Source: Candidatus Spongiisociaceae bacterium (GTDB lineage: Bacteria > Actinomycetota > Acidimicrobiia > Spongiisociales > Spongiisociaceae). Taken from it: a stretch of DNA of 64,000 bases. The stretch lies in the NCBI GenBank assembly GCA_965202665.1, contig OZ241841.1:1600001-1664000 (forward strand). Reading direction: 5' to 3'. Positions 44,301-55,200 of this stretch are shown piece after piece. The position numbers and the translations under genes were made by a program. Position 1 is the stretch's first letter, and every line of letters begins with the position of its first letter. The notes beneath the pieces are model-generated. The model ran no database searches and had not been told where the DNA came from. It saw only the letters and a list, made by a program, of their open reading frames with translations.

Positions 44301-44602
44301 TCCTGGCCCAGTTCCTTATTCTGAGCGCGGTGCTGTTCTCGTTGGGGGTGTACGGGTTGCTTTCCCGCCGCAACGCGGTCGCGGTTTTGCTGTCGGTGGA
44401 GTTGATGTTGGCCGCGGTCAACATCAACCTGGTGGCTTTTGAGGCCTTTTGGCGCTCCGCCATGGCCGTCGGCCAGATTTTCGCCATCTTCGTGATCACG
44501 GTGGCGGCGGCCGAGGTGGGGATCGGCCTGGCCATCATCCTGCTTATTTTCCGCAACCGGGCCTCGGGCAACGTGGACGAACTGGACCTGATGAAATGGT
44601 GA
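44297..44602 (+). CDS. nuoK: NADH-quinone oxidoreductase subunit K
   Basis: SVELML, VAAAEVGIGLA. Confidence 0.95.
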   Translation: MILAQFLILSAVLFSLGVYGLLSRRNAVAVLLSVELMLAAVNINLVAFEAFWRSAMAVGQIFAIFVITVAAAEVGIGLAIILLIFRNRASGNVDELDLMKW

Positions 44603-46665
44603 GGACGATGCTGGTCGCGCAGAGCGCCGGTTGGACGCTGGCGGCTGAGGAAGGGCATGCCCCGGAACTGGCGGAAGGGGGATTTTTCGCCGCCACCGCT
44701 TGGATCATGCTGCTCCTGCCGTTCGCCGCTTTCCTGGGGATAGTGCTGTTCGGCCGCCGGATGCGCAAGCGGGGGGCGGAGTTGGCGGTGGGGGCGATGG
44801 CCGTCAACCTGGTGTGGGCTTCGGTGTTGCTCGTTCAGAATATGACGGGCGGGGTTTACCGCCAGTTCCAGTTCACCATCGCCGACATCGGGGAGTTCGC
44901 CGGGCGCGCCCTGTCCTTCGAGTTGGGTTTCGTGGTGGACGGGCTGTCCATAATGATGTACTGGGTGGTGGCTTTCGTGGGTTTGCTGGTGTTCATCTAC
45001 GCGGTGGGATACATGGAGGGGGAGGTGCGGGTCACCTGGTTTTTCGCTTCGCTGTCGCTGTTCGCCGGCTCCATGCTGGTGCTGGTGGGGGCCCCCAACC
45101 TGATTCAGCTCATCGTCGGCTGGGAGGGGGTGGGCCTGGCCTCCTACCTGCTCATCGGCCACTACTGGGAGCAGAAGGAGAACGGCCACGCCGCCATCAA
45201 AGCTTTCCTCACCAACAAAGTGGCCGACGTGGGACTGATTTTGGGGGCCATCCTGATCGGGGTTTCGCTGGGAGGCTTCCGGTTTTCCACTCTGGCGCAA
45301 GCGGCGGCCGAGCACAGCGGGGATTTGGAGACGGTGGCTTTCGCCGGAGGGCTGCTGCTGTTTCTGGGGGCGATGGGCAAATCGGCCCAGTTCCCGTTGC
45401 ATGTGTGGCTGCCGGACGCCATGGCCGGCCCCACCCCGGTTTCGGCCCTGATGCACGCCGCCACCATGGTCACCGCCGGCATCTACCTGATGGCCCGCAC
45501 CTTCCCCCTCTATCAGAATATGGCCGCCGGAGCCCGGGAGTGGATGCTCCCCATCGCGGTCATCACCCTCTTCGTCTTGGGCCTTTTGGCTTTGGCCGCC
45601 GACGACCTGAAAAAGGTGCTGGCCTATTCCACGGTCAGCCAGTTGGGTTACATGATGGCCGCGGTGGCGGCCGGGGGTTACACCGCCGGGCTGTTCCACC
45701 TGTTCACCCACGCCTTTTTCAAGGCCCTGCTCTTTTTGGGGGCCGGGTCGGTCATCCACGCCGTCCATTCCAACAACATGAGCGACATGGGGGGCTTGCG
45801 CAAGCATATGCCGGTCACTTTCTGGACTTTCGTAATCGGGTCGGCCTCCCTGGCCGGGGTGATCCCGCTGGCCGGGTTCTGGTCCAAAGACGAAATTCTG
45901 GCCACCCTCAACCACGAGGGATACGCCGCTTTCATGTGGTTGGCGGTGGGCGGGGCGTTTATCACCGCCTTCTACATGACCCGGGCGGTGTGCCTGACTT
46001 TCCTGGGAACCTACAAAGGGGAGGGCCGCCCCCACGAATCTCCCAAGTCCATGACCGTCCCCCTCATCGCGCTGGCGGTCCCCAGCGTCGCGGCCGGCCT
46101 GCTCAACATCCCCGGCGTTTCCTGGGGGCCGCTGGGCAACTTCACGGAATGGGTGGGCGCCCGGATAACGGCGATGGGCGATTACCATCCTTCCGGCGTG
46201 GAATGGGATCTGGCCGCCTACGGGCTGGCCGCGGCCGCGCTGGGAATCGGGCTGGGTTGGGCCCTGTTCGCCCGGGATGCGGAAACGCAGGCGGAGCGGG
46301 ACCGGTTGGAGGCACCACTCCTCTATCCGCTGTTGCGGCGCAAGTTTTACATCGACGACCTGTACATGAAAGGGGTGGTGGGGCCCGTCAAAGGGCCGTT
46401 GGCCCGGGGGGTGAATTTCATCAACGGATACGTTATAGACGGGATCGTCAACGGGGCGGGGGCGGCCGTGGCCTGGCTGGGGCGGCTGGTGTACGGCCGA
46501 TTGGACCAGCGGGGCATCGACTTGGCCTACAACGCCGCCGCGGGCGGGACCAGCGGGGCGGGCGGAAAACTCCGTTTCGCCCAGACCGGCAAAGTGCAGC
46601 AGTACGCCGGGGCTTTCATAGTGGGCGCCCTGTTGCTGGCCGCCGCCGCTTTGCTGTTCAGATAG
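44596..46665 (+). CDS. nuoL: NADH-quinone oxidoreductase subunit L
   Basis: GKSAQFPLHVWLPDAMAGPTPVSALMHAATMV, THAFFKALLFL. Confidence 0.96.
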   Translation: MVRTMLVAQSAGWTLAAEEGHAPELAEGGFFAATAWIMLLLPFAAFLGIVLFGRRMRKRGAELAVGAMAVNLVWASVLLVQNMTGGVYRQFQFTIADIGEFAGRALSFELGFVVDGLSIMMYWVVAFVGLLVFIYAVGYMEGEVRVTWFFASLSLFAGSMLVLVGAPNLIQLIVGWEGVGLASYLLIGHYWEQKENGHAAIKAFLTNKVADVGLILGAILIGVSLGGFRFSTLAQAAAEHSGDLETVAFAGGLLLFLGAMGKSAQFPLHVWLPDAMAGPTPVSALMHAATMVTAGIYLMARTFPLYQNMAAGAREWMLPIAVITLFVLGLLALAADDLKKVLAYSTVSQLGYMMAAVAAGGYTAGLFHLFTHAFFKALLFLGAGSVIHAVHSNNMSDMGGLRKHMPVTFWTFVIGSASLAGVIPLAGFWSKDEILATLNHEGYAAFMWLAVGGAFITAFYMTRAVCLTFLGTYKGEGRPHESPKSMTVPLIALAVPSVAAGLLNIPGVSWGPLGNFTEWVGARITAMGDYHPSGVEWDLAAYGLAAAALGIGLGWALFARDAETQAERDRLEAPLLYPLLRRKFYIDDLYMKGVVGPVKGPLARGVNFINGYVIDGIVNGAGAAVAWLGRLVYGRLDQRGIDLAYNAAAGGTSGAGGKLRFAQTGKVQQYAGAFIVGALLLAAAALLFR

Positions 46666-46717
46666 GCCGGATGGAAAGGGCAAGGTTTGGCGCAACAATG
46701 GGCGAGACGGGAGTTAG

Positions 46718-48307
46718 ATGATGGAGTTCTTTGACAGCGGATGGGGCTTGAGCCTCATCGTGTTCCTGCCGGCAGCGGGCGCGTTGTTGCTGTTCGCCAT
46801 ACCCAAGTCGCGGGAGACCGCTCACAAGTGGACGGCGCTGGTCGTCAGCCTGGTGGTAACGGCGTTGGCCGTGATAGCCGCCGCCGTCTTCGATTACGGG
46901 GCGGCGGAGCGCTTCCAGTTCGAGGTCGTCGCCGATTGGATCCCGGCCATCGGGGCCAACTACCACATCGGGGTGGACGGGATCAGCCTGCCGCTTCTGG
47001 TGTTGTCGGCGGCGGTGACCGTGCTGTGCGTCGTTTACTGCTGGGACCATTGGGAGGAGCCCCGCAACGTACGGGGCTTTTTGGCCCTGATGTTGCTGTT
47101 GGCCACCGGAATGAACGGCACCTTCGTCGCCTTGGATTTGGTGCTGTTTTTCATATTCTTCGAACTGGTGCTGTTGCCCATGTATTTCATGATCGGCATC
47201 TGGGGGGACGACGCCGAGCGGCGCATACCGGTGCTGGGGATGACCGTCAAAACCCGTCTCTACGCGGCCATCAAATTTTTCGTGTTCACCCTGTTCGGGT
47301 CGGCTTTTATGCTACTCGGTTTCCTGGCCCTCTATTTCCGGTCGGGCGACTTTCTGGGTTCCAACACTTTCGACATCCCGGCCCTGATCGCCCTCGGCTC
47401 CGAAAACGCGTTCGGCAGCGGGACTTTCGCCTGGCTGGTGTTCGGGGCCATGTTTTTGGGGTTTGCGGTGAAAGTTCCGATGTGGCCGTTCCACACTTGG
47501 TTGCCGGACGCCCACACCGCCGCCCCCACCGTCGGTTCGGTCCTTTTGGCCGCCATCCTGTTGAAACTCGGCTCCTACGCCTTTTTGCGCATTTCCATCC
47601 CGATCCTGCCCGACATGGCCCGGGAGTGGGCCCCCGCCATCGGCCTGCTGGCGGTGATCGGGATCATCTACGGCTCGCTGGCCTGTTTGGCGCAGACCGA
47701 CGTGAAACGTCTCATCGCCTTCTCCTCGGTGGGCCATATGGGGTTCGTCATGCTGGGCATCGCCACCATGACCGACGTCGGTTTCAACGCGGCCATTATC
47801 GGGATGGTGGCCCACGGGATCATCACCGGCCTGCTCTTCTTCTTGGCCGGTTCCTTGCATCATCGCTACCACACCCGGGACATCGCCCGGCTGGGCGGCA
47901 ACCAAAAACTTATGCCCTGGATGGGGGGCATCCTGGCTTTCACGGCCATGGCCTCGTTGGGACTGCCCGGCCTGGCCGGTTTTTGGGGCGAGTTCATGTC
48001 ATTGGTGGGGGCCTACCGTCCGGCGGCCGGCCTCAGCGCCGGTCAGTTCCAGGCTTTTATGGTGGCGGGGGCCATCGGCACGGTGCTCACCGCCGGCTAC
48101 ATGCTGTGGATGTTGCAACGGGTCAACCTGGGCGAACCGAAAGAGGAATGGGCGGGCCGCACCTTCGCCGATGTGGGTCGTTACGAGTGGCTGGCGTGGA
48201 TTCCGCTCATCATCGCCACCGTGGCCATCGGGGTGTATCCCCGGATCGTGCTGGGGGCCACCACCGACGCGGTGGTCAACCTGGCGCGCAACGCTTTCGG
48301 AGGCTGA
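46718..48307 (+). CDS. nuoM: NADH-quinone oxidoreductase subunit M
   Basis: VKVPMWPFHTWLPDAHTAAP, LIAFSSVGHMG. Confidence 0.96.
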   Translation: MMEFFDSGWGLSLIVFLPAAGALLLFAIPKSRETAHKWTALVVSLVVTALAVIAAAVFDYGAAERFQFEVVADWIPAIGANYHIGVDGISLPLLVLSAAVTVLCVVYCWDHWEEPRNVRGFLALMLLLATGMNGTFVALDLVLFFIFFELVLLPMYFMIGIWGDDAERRIPVLGMTVKTRLYAAIKFFVFTLFGSAFMLLGFLALYFRSGDFLGSNTFDIPALIALGSENAFGSGTFAWLVFGAMFLGFAVKVPMWPFHTWLPDAHTAAPTVGSVLLAAILLKLGSYAFLRISIPILPDMAREWAPAIGLLAVIGIIYGSLACLAQTDVKRLIAFSSVGHMGFVMLGIATMTDVGFNAAIIGMVAHGIITGLLFFLAGSLHHRYHTRDIARLGGNQKLMPWMGGILAFTAMASLGLPGLAGFWGEFMSLVGAYRPAAGLSAGQFQAFMVAGAIGTVLTAGYMLWMLQRVNLGEPKEEWAGRTFADVGRYEWLAWIPLIIATVAIGVYPRIVLGATTDAVVNLARNAFGG

Positions 48308-48310
48308 TGC

Positions 48311-49810
48311 GTGAACCTGGACTATCACGCCCTTGCTCCGGAGATCGCGGTAGCGGCCACCATCCTGGCGGTTCTCACCTTGGACGTGGCCCTGCCCCGC
48401 CGCCTGAAATACTGGACGGCTTTCGCCGGGGTGATCGGTTTGACCGCGGCGGCGGTTCCCCTGCTCACTTTGGCTTTCGGGGGCGGGCCGGGGGTGCGGG
48501 TCATGCTGGGCGGGGGTTACGTGGTGGACGACTTCGCCTTGGTGATGAAGGCCTTGTTCATCGTCGGCGGCTACCTGGTGCTGTTGATGTCGGTTTCCCA
48601 CATCGAAAGCGACCGCTACTACCAGGGGGAGTACTACCTGCTTCTGCTGACTTCCATCCTGGGGTCGCTGGTGATGGTTTCCTCCCGGGATCTGATCACC
48701 ATTTTCGTGGGGTTGGAACTGGTAACCGGGCCGCTGTTCCTGCTGGCCGGGTGGCGCAAAGGCGATAAGCGCTCCAACGAGGCGTCGCTCAAATTTTTCA
48801 TTCTGGGGGTGCTGTCCACCGCCATCCTGCTCTACGGTATGTCTTTCCTGTACGGGCTGACCGGTTCGGTGGACTTCGAGGGGATTCGCACCGCCGGGGC
48901 GGACCTGTTGAACAGCGGCGCCTTCCGGCTGGCGGTCCTGTTCACCATCATCGGTTTCGGTTTCAAAATTTCGGCGGTTCCTTTTCATTTCTGGGCCCCG
49001 GACACCTACCAGGGGGCCCCCACTCCGGTAACCGCTTACCTGTCGGTCGGGTCGAAGGCGGCCGGTTTCGCCGGGTTGTTGCTCATCTGTTACCAGGCTT
49101 TTCCTTCCGTGACCGAAATCTGGGGACCGGCCCTGTGGGTTCTGGCCGCCCTGTCCATGACGGTGGGCAACCTGACCGCCCTCCGACAGGACAACATCGT
49201 GCGGCTTTTGGCCTACTCGTCCATCGCCCAGGGCGGGTTCATTCTGGTGCCGTTCGCGGCGGCGGCCGCCACCAGCGACCCGCGGGTGATACAGGAGGCG
49301 GCTTCCGCCACCATCGTGTATTTGATCATCTACGCCTTTATGAACCTGGGGGCGTTTGCGGTGGTGATGGCGGGGGCCCGGCGCACCGGAACCGCCACCA
49401 TTTCCGGATGGGCGGGGATGGCCAAACATTCCCCCCGCATCGCCGTGCTGGGGGCTGTTTTCTTTTTCGCCTTGGCCGGGATCCCGCCTTTGGCCGGGTG
49501 GTACGCCAAGTTCGCCATGTTTTTGGCCATCCTCCGTCCGGCGGACCCGTGGACGGTCGCCTTGGCGGTGATCGCCGCCGTAAACGCGGTGATCGCCTTG
49601 GTCTACTACGCCAAGGTGGCGAAGGCGATGTGGATGGATCCGCCGCCGGCGGACGGCCCTTCCCCGGAGCTGACCGCCCGTCCCCTGTCCGGCTCGCTGT
49701 CGCTGGCGATGGGCATCTCCGCCCTGTTCGTGGCGGTGGCCGGCATCCTCCCTTTCCAACTGGCCGGAGTGTTCGCCGAAGCCGCCAAACTGATAACCTC
49801 CGGCATCTGA
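48311..49810 (+). CDS. nuoN: NADH-quinone oxidoreductase subunit N
   Basis: FKISAVPFHFWAPDTYQGAPTP, RLLAYSSIA, LAGIPP. Confidence 0.96.
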   Translation: MNLDYHALAPEIAVAATILAVLTLDVALPRRLKYWTAFAGVIGLTAAAVPLLTLAFGGGPGVRVMLGGGYVVDDFALVMKALFIVGGYLVLLMSVSHIESDRYYQGEYYLLLLTSILGSLVMVSSRDLITIFVGLELVTGPLFLLAGWRKGDKRSNEASLKFFILGVLSTAILLYGMSFLYGLTGSVDFEGIRTAGADLLNSGAFRLAVLFTIIGFGFKISAVPFHFWAPDTYQGAPTPVTAYLSVGSKAAGFAGLLLICYQAFPSVTEIWGPALWVLAALSMTVGNLTALRQDNIVRLLAYSSIAQGGFILVPFAAAAATSDPRVIQEAASATIVYLIIYAFMNLGAFAVVMAGARRTGTATISGWAGMAKHSPRIAVLGAVFFFALAGIPPLAGWYAKFAMFLAILRPADPWTVALAVIAAVNAVIALVYYAKVAKAMWMDPPPADGPSPELTARPLSGSLSLAMGISALFVAVAGILPFQLAGVFAEAAKLITSGI

Positions 49811-49846
49811 CCGCCCGCCTTGAAATAACCAAAATTATCCGCCCGC

Positions 49847-49909
49847 TATTTATGCTATTTGCCAAATAACATAACTGAAGATTATGCTAATTTGAAAATA
49901 GCGTAAATA
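49847..49909. repeat. AT-rich long imperfect palindrome
   Basis: TATTTATGCTATTT / AAATAGCGTAAATA outer arms; CAAATAACATAA / TTATGCTAATTTG inner arms. Confidence 0.75.
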
Positions 49910-49923
49910 AAAGGCGGCTTGGT

Positions 49924-51423
49924 TTGCTTAATCTGGTTTCCCGACCTGAAGAAATGGGACAGGTGTTCGAGGGACAGAACCCCTGGCATCGCACCTCGTC
50001 GGTTCCGGTTCTGTTCGCTCCGCCCCGGGAGCGCCCTTTGGCCCAGATTCTGTGGCAACGATTGCTACGCGACCAGCCCCGATGCTATCAGTTGATTATC
50101 GGTCCGCGCCAAGTCGGCAAGACCACCGTGCTTTACCAGACGGTGCGGCGATTGCTCGACAACGGGGTGGAGCCGGGCCGGGTGTGGTGGTTGCGCATGG
50201 ACCATCCTTTGCTGATGCGGGAAAGCCCGGGGGCCCTGGTGCGCGAGACGTTGCGCGTTTCCCCCGCCTCCGGCGACCGCCCGCTCTATCTGATGTTGGA
50301 TGAACTGGCGTACGCCAAAGACTGGGACAAGTGGCTCAAGACCTTCCACGATGAGCGGTGGCCGGTGCGGGTGGCAGCCAATTCCAGCGCCGCCTCCTCT
50401 CTGCAGGATCGCCGACATGAGAGCGGCGCCGGTCGTTGGGAGGTGCAATACCTCCTACCCTATCTGCTGACCGAATACCTGGATTTGATGGAAAAACCCC
50501 GTTCGGTGGAGGCGGGGGACGATCTCGCCGCCACATTGCGCTTCTGGCCAACGGGCGGGCGGGCGGATGAAGATTTGATCGCCGGACGTTTGGATTTAAT
50601 GTGGACCGGCGGGTTCCCGGAGTTGCTTTTGTCGCGGCCCCGGCTGATGGACGATGACAAGCATTGGTTGTTGCAGTCGCAACGGGTGTTGCGAAGCGAC
50701 GCCGTGGAACGCGCCGTTTATAAAGACATCCCCCAATCTTTCGGGGTGGGCAATCCGGTGTTGTTGGAACGTTTGTTGTATATGCTGGCTGGTCAAATAA
50801 CCGGTCTGCTATCGCCCAAAAACATTGGCCAACATCTGGACGGTCTGTCCGGGCCCACCTTGGACAAATACCTGTCCTATTTGGAAAGGGCCTTTTTGGT
50901 ATTCGCGTTGCCGAATTTTTCCGGGTGGGAGGAGACCATCCAAAAGCGGGGCCGCAAGATCTTTTTTGTGGACGGAGCGGTGCGCAACGCGGCCCTGTTA
51001 CGCGGCTTGGCCCCTTTGGACAACCCCGTCGAGAAAGGGCATCTCCTGGAAAACCTGGTGGCTTCTTCCCTGAATACCCTGGCTGTTCAGTCGGGAGTGG
51101 GGTTGCATCACTGGCGCGATGGCAAGGACGAGGTGGATTTCATCTTCAACCACCCCCAACGCCCGTTGGCTTTTGAGGTGTCGTCTTCCTCCGACCACAG
51201 CCGCGACGGCCTGCGCGCCCTGATGGAGCGTCACCCGCAGTTCCGCGGCGCCTGTTACCTTGTCGCCCCCCGGGTTTCCACCATCCACCCGGAGGGGGAC
51301 GAGGTGGGAACCCTCCCCTTGGATTTGCTCCTGCTGGCCATAGGCGCCCAAGCCCGCCGCGCTCTCCAACAAACCGGCTCTCGCCGGGTTGGGGACCGAA
51401 AGGGCGCAACGGGACGAGCCTGA
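49924..51423 (+). CDS. AAA_14 ATPase with C-terminal DUF4143-like (PD-D/ExK-type) domain
   Basis: GPRQVGKTT, LMLDE, GGFPE, K.FFVD, ENLV, HWRDGKDEVDF...FEV. Confidence 0.85.
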   Translation: MLNLVSRPEEMGQVFEGQNPWHRTSSVPVLFAPPRERPLAQILWQRLLRDQPRCYQLIIGPRQVGKTTVLYQTVRRLLDNGVEPGRVWWLRMDHPLLMRESPGALVRETLRVSPASGDRPLYLMLDELAYAKDWDKWLKTFHDERWPVRVAANSSAASSLQDRRHESGAGRWEVQYLLPYLLTEYLDLMEKPRSVEAGDDLAATLRFWPTGGRADEDLIAGRLDLMWTGGFPELLLSRPRLMDDDKHWLLQSQRVLRSDAVERAVYKDIPQSFGVGNPVLLERLLYMLAGQITGLLSPKNIGQHLDGLSGPTLDKYLSYLERAFLVFALPNFSGWEETIQKRGRKIFFVDGAVRNAALLRGLAPLDNPVEKGHLLENLVASSLNTLAVQSGVGLHHWRDGKDEVDFIFNHPQRPLAFEVSSSSDHSRDGLRALMERHPQFRGACYLVAPRVSTIHPEGDEVGTLPLDLLLLAIGAQARRALQQTGSRRVGDRKGATGRA

Positions 51424-51500
51424 CGGCTTTCCGGTAAGCAACCCAGCGGCTCCGTTTTAGGTAAAGTTGCCGCAGGCGTCCTCTGCGAAAGGCGGCGAAT

Positions 51501-51969
51501 TTGGCCAAATACGGTATCGGCTGGTTGGTGGCTGGCGACTGCTCCAACCTGACCCCCGACCATCCCCCGCCCCCCCCCCCCCGGTTCAGGGGAGGAAGCC
51601 TGCCCGGAGTGCCCCGACTACGCCGAGGCCCCATACACCTACGGGCTGGTAGCAGTGGAAGCCGACCACATTTTGGAAGCCTTCCGGAAGGGGCTGCTGA
51701 CCGACGACGACGGCTACGCCCTCAACGAAGACGAGGATCCCAAATCTACTGAACGCCTGCCGGGGAGGGGGGTTCTGTATTTGCCGGACGAGCAGGGGCA
51801 GTGCGTCTACGAGGGACCCTTTTTCGGCTCCGACGAAGAACCCATCATTGTGGGCGTGGTCTGCGAGGAAGTGGGAAGCGGGCAGGTGTACGTGGGCGAC
51901 TACGGCGACGCCCGGCAGTGGGTTCTCCGGGACGCGGCCGGGACGGGCATACGGCAAATCACCCTGTAA
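51501..51969 (+). pseudogene. Hypothetical gene apparently frameshifted at a C13 tract
   Basis: The ORF from TTG 51501 and the frame of ORF 51655-51969 join if the poly-C at 51570-51582 loses one C. Confidence 0.55.
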
Positions 51970-52241
51970 CTCCGGTTGGGGGCGGTCAGTTTTTTGGGAG
52001 AGAAAAAAGGCGGGGAATAACTTGCGCGGCCGGGGGGTTTATGGTGTATAATGCCGTGTTCCGCCAAACCGGCTCCTGGGCCGGTCGGCTGGTGGGAAAG
52101 GAGCAAAACCCTTCAAATGAAATCCTCCGCGATGCCTGGGTCACGGAACGAGTGTGAAAAGCCAAAAGCGCTTTTTCCACCCCCCCCCCCCATCCAGTTC
52201 GTAACCTGCGCGTTTAGGGCACAGGTAGATAAACGAGCCAG

Positions 52242-55200
52242 ATGATCCGATCTTCTTATTCAATTCGGCGGCGGTTGGCCGCGTGCGGTCTTGCCGTCTT
52301 GATGGGGTTTTCCACCGCGATCGGGCCGGCACAGTCCCCGGTTGCGGCCTCCGGCGTCCCCGGTGCGGAATCGGCGGCGGACTCCGAATCCCCTCTGCCC
52401 CCCGACCCCGCCCCGCAACCGCCCGCGCCCGGAGAGAGCGAGCCGGGGGACGGCGGTGATGAGGGGGGCGCCGGTGACCCGGGCGGCGATCCTCAACCCG
52501 AAGAAGGGGTCGGCGGGCAACCGGGGGATGACGGACAACCGGGCGACGGGAATGAAGAACCAACAGGGGAGGAGCAGCAAAGCGCTCCCGCCCTCGTTTT
52601 GAGCGTGGACTCGGACCCGGAAGCGGAGGGGGACCAGACCCGCGTGGAAGAAGGCCGGGCGGCCCTTTTTATCGTAAGCGCCGCCTTCGCGGAGAACCGG
52701 CCCGGGTTGGAGGAGGACGTCGTGGTGACCGTTTCCGTGGGCGGCCAAGGCGGGGTAGGGCAAGCGGAGGTGGAGGACTTTAACGCCGTGGAGGACTTCA
52801 CGGTAACCATCCCCGCAGGGCAAACCGTCGGCTGGGCCGAGTTCACCTTGGAGGCGATCGACGACCTGGTGGTGGAAGGGGAGGAGACGGTGGACGTAAC
52901 CGGAACCGCCGAATCGTACGGGATCACCGACGTCACCGGCGCGTTGGTGACCATCGTTGACAACGACTCCGACCAGCCGCCAACGCCGCCGCCCGCCCCG
53001 CCCGCCGACCTGATCGTCTCCGGCCAAGCCGACCCCGCCGTCGCCGTCAGTCTGAGCGTGGACGCCCAAGCCGCCTCCGGGGAGCAGGCCTACGTTGAGG
53101 AAGGGGAGCAACGTACGGTGACGGTGAAAGCCGTCTTGCCGGATGGGGAAAGCGGCTTAGCGGAGGCGGCCACTTTCACGGTGGCCATCGCGGCCGACAC
53201 GGCGGAAAACTCCGATTTCACGGCCCCGGCTTCGGCGTCGGTTACCATCGCCGCCGGACAGACCAGCGGTACCGCTACCTTCACTTTCCAGGCCGCCGCC
53301 GACACCGTTCTGGAAGGCCCGGAAACGGTTTCCCTCACTTCCACCCTGGCCGGCTACTCGGTCAGCCCGGCCAGTCTCACCATCAAAGACGAGGACGCCG
53401 CGTTCACGGTGACCGCCAACCCGACCGCGGTGGGCGAAAGCGCCGGGGCGACTTCCATCGGGCTGACGGTGTCCTTCCCCAACGCGGTCACCTCCGAGTT
53501 GGCCGAACAGACGCAGATTTCTTTCAGCGCGGCCGGAGACGGGGCCGCGGCCGGAACCGACTTCGCCGCCATTTCCGATTTCACGGCCGCCTTGGCGGCC
53601 TCCGCCGTTACCGCTTCCGCGACGGCGACCATCACCCCGGTCGACGATGTCATCGATGAAACCTCCCCCGAGCGGGTCAACTTCACCGGTTCGCTGTTCG
53701 GACGCACCGCCTCCGCCGCGGTGGCCATCACCGACGACGACGACACTCCCGCGGTCATCAACCTGGCAACGGATGTCAGCTCCGCCTCCGGGGAGCAGAC
53801 CGTTCTGGCCGAAAACGCCGGGGCCACCTCCGTCACCGTCTCCGCCGAGTTCGCCTCCGGGACGGCGGTGGAAACCGACACCGTCCTCAGCCTGCGGATG
53901 TCGCAACCGGTCTCCACCGACTTTTCGCTGACCATCCCCAAAAACCAGGTGCGGGGAACCGCCTCCGTCTCCGTCACTCCCGCCGACAACAACCGGGCGG
54001 GGGACGCCCCGCAGACGGTGACCGTTTCCCTGCGGGGAACCTCTTCCTACACGGTCAACCAGGCGGAGTTCACTATCGAAGACGACGAGGAGGCGGTGGT
54101 CAACCTGCAGGCCCTCCCGTGCAATCCTGAGTCCGCCATCGTCTCGGAAGGCGGCAGTCAGAATGCCTGCTGGCTGTTGAGCGCCCGCCTGCCCACCGGT
54201 ACCGTCGCCGCCAACACGGTGACGGTGCGGGAACTGAATTTCACCGCCGGCACCGCCACGTACGGCAGCGACGCTGACTTTAACGTTATTTACCCTGGTT
54301 CTCCGCAAGGTACCCAGGATTATGTAAGGATCCCCGCCAACTCCAACGGCTCCAACCGGAACGCCCTTTTCAACATAGCAGTAGTGGATGACAGCGTGCG
54401 GGACGAGGGGGCGGAGACCATTGTCATCGGAGGCAAAGCGGACCAGGGTTTTACGGTGCGCACCGCTTCCATCAACATCTACGACAACGACAATTCGCCC
54501 AACCGCATCAATCTGGTCGTCGACGGTTCTGACACTTTCCACGGTTCCCAGCCCAGCGTGCCGGAAGGGAGCGCCAATCAAAGGGTGAAAGTCACCGCCG
54601 TTTATGCGGACCGCACCGCCCGCTCTTCGGCTACCGCAGTCACGGTGTCAGTGGCGGGGGCCGGGGGGGCCTACGGAGCGGAAGCGGCCGATTTCACGGC
54701 GGTGAATGATTTCACCGTAACCATCCCCGCCAACCAAATCAGCGGCGACGCCACCTTCGATTTGACCACCGTCGACGATGATTTGTTGGAAGGCCCCGAA
54801 GATATGTCCCTGTCCGGCTCCGCTACCGGGTTCACCGTCAACGGGACGAAGTTGATCATCGACGACAACGAAACGACACCCACCGTCGATTTGAGCGTGG
54901 ACGCCCAACCCGCCGTCGGGGCGCAGAGCTATGTGGATGAGGGGAGTACCCGCACGGTGACGGTCACCGCCGCCGTACCCGTCGGGGCGGCCGCCCTCAC
55001 CTCCGCCGCCACTTTCACGGTCGCCATAGCGGCCGACACGGCCGAAGCCGGCGATTTCACCGTTCCGGCAACGGTGGACGTGACCATCGCCGCCAACGCC
55101 AGAAGCGGCACGGCGGTCGTCAGTTTCCAAGCCGCCGCCGACACGGTTTTAGAAGGGCCGGAAACGGTTTCTTTCACTTCTTCTTTGGCCGGTTACGCGG

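Noticed and set aside
52055-52150. c-di-GMP or c-di-AMP riboswitch in the adhesin leader
   Set aside because: Only loose resemblance (GCCAAAC...GCAAAAC); consensus elements not matched. Needs an Rfam search.
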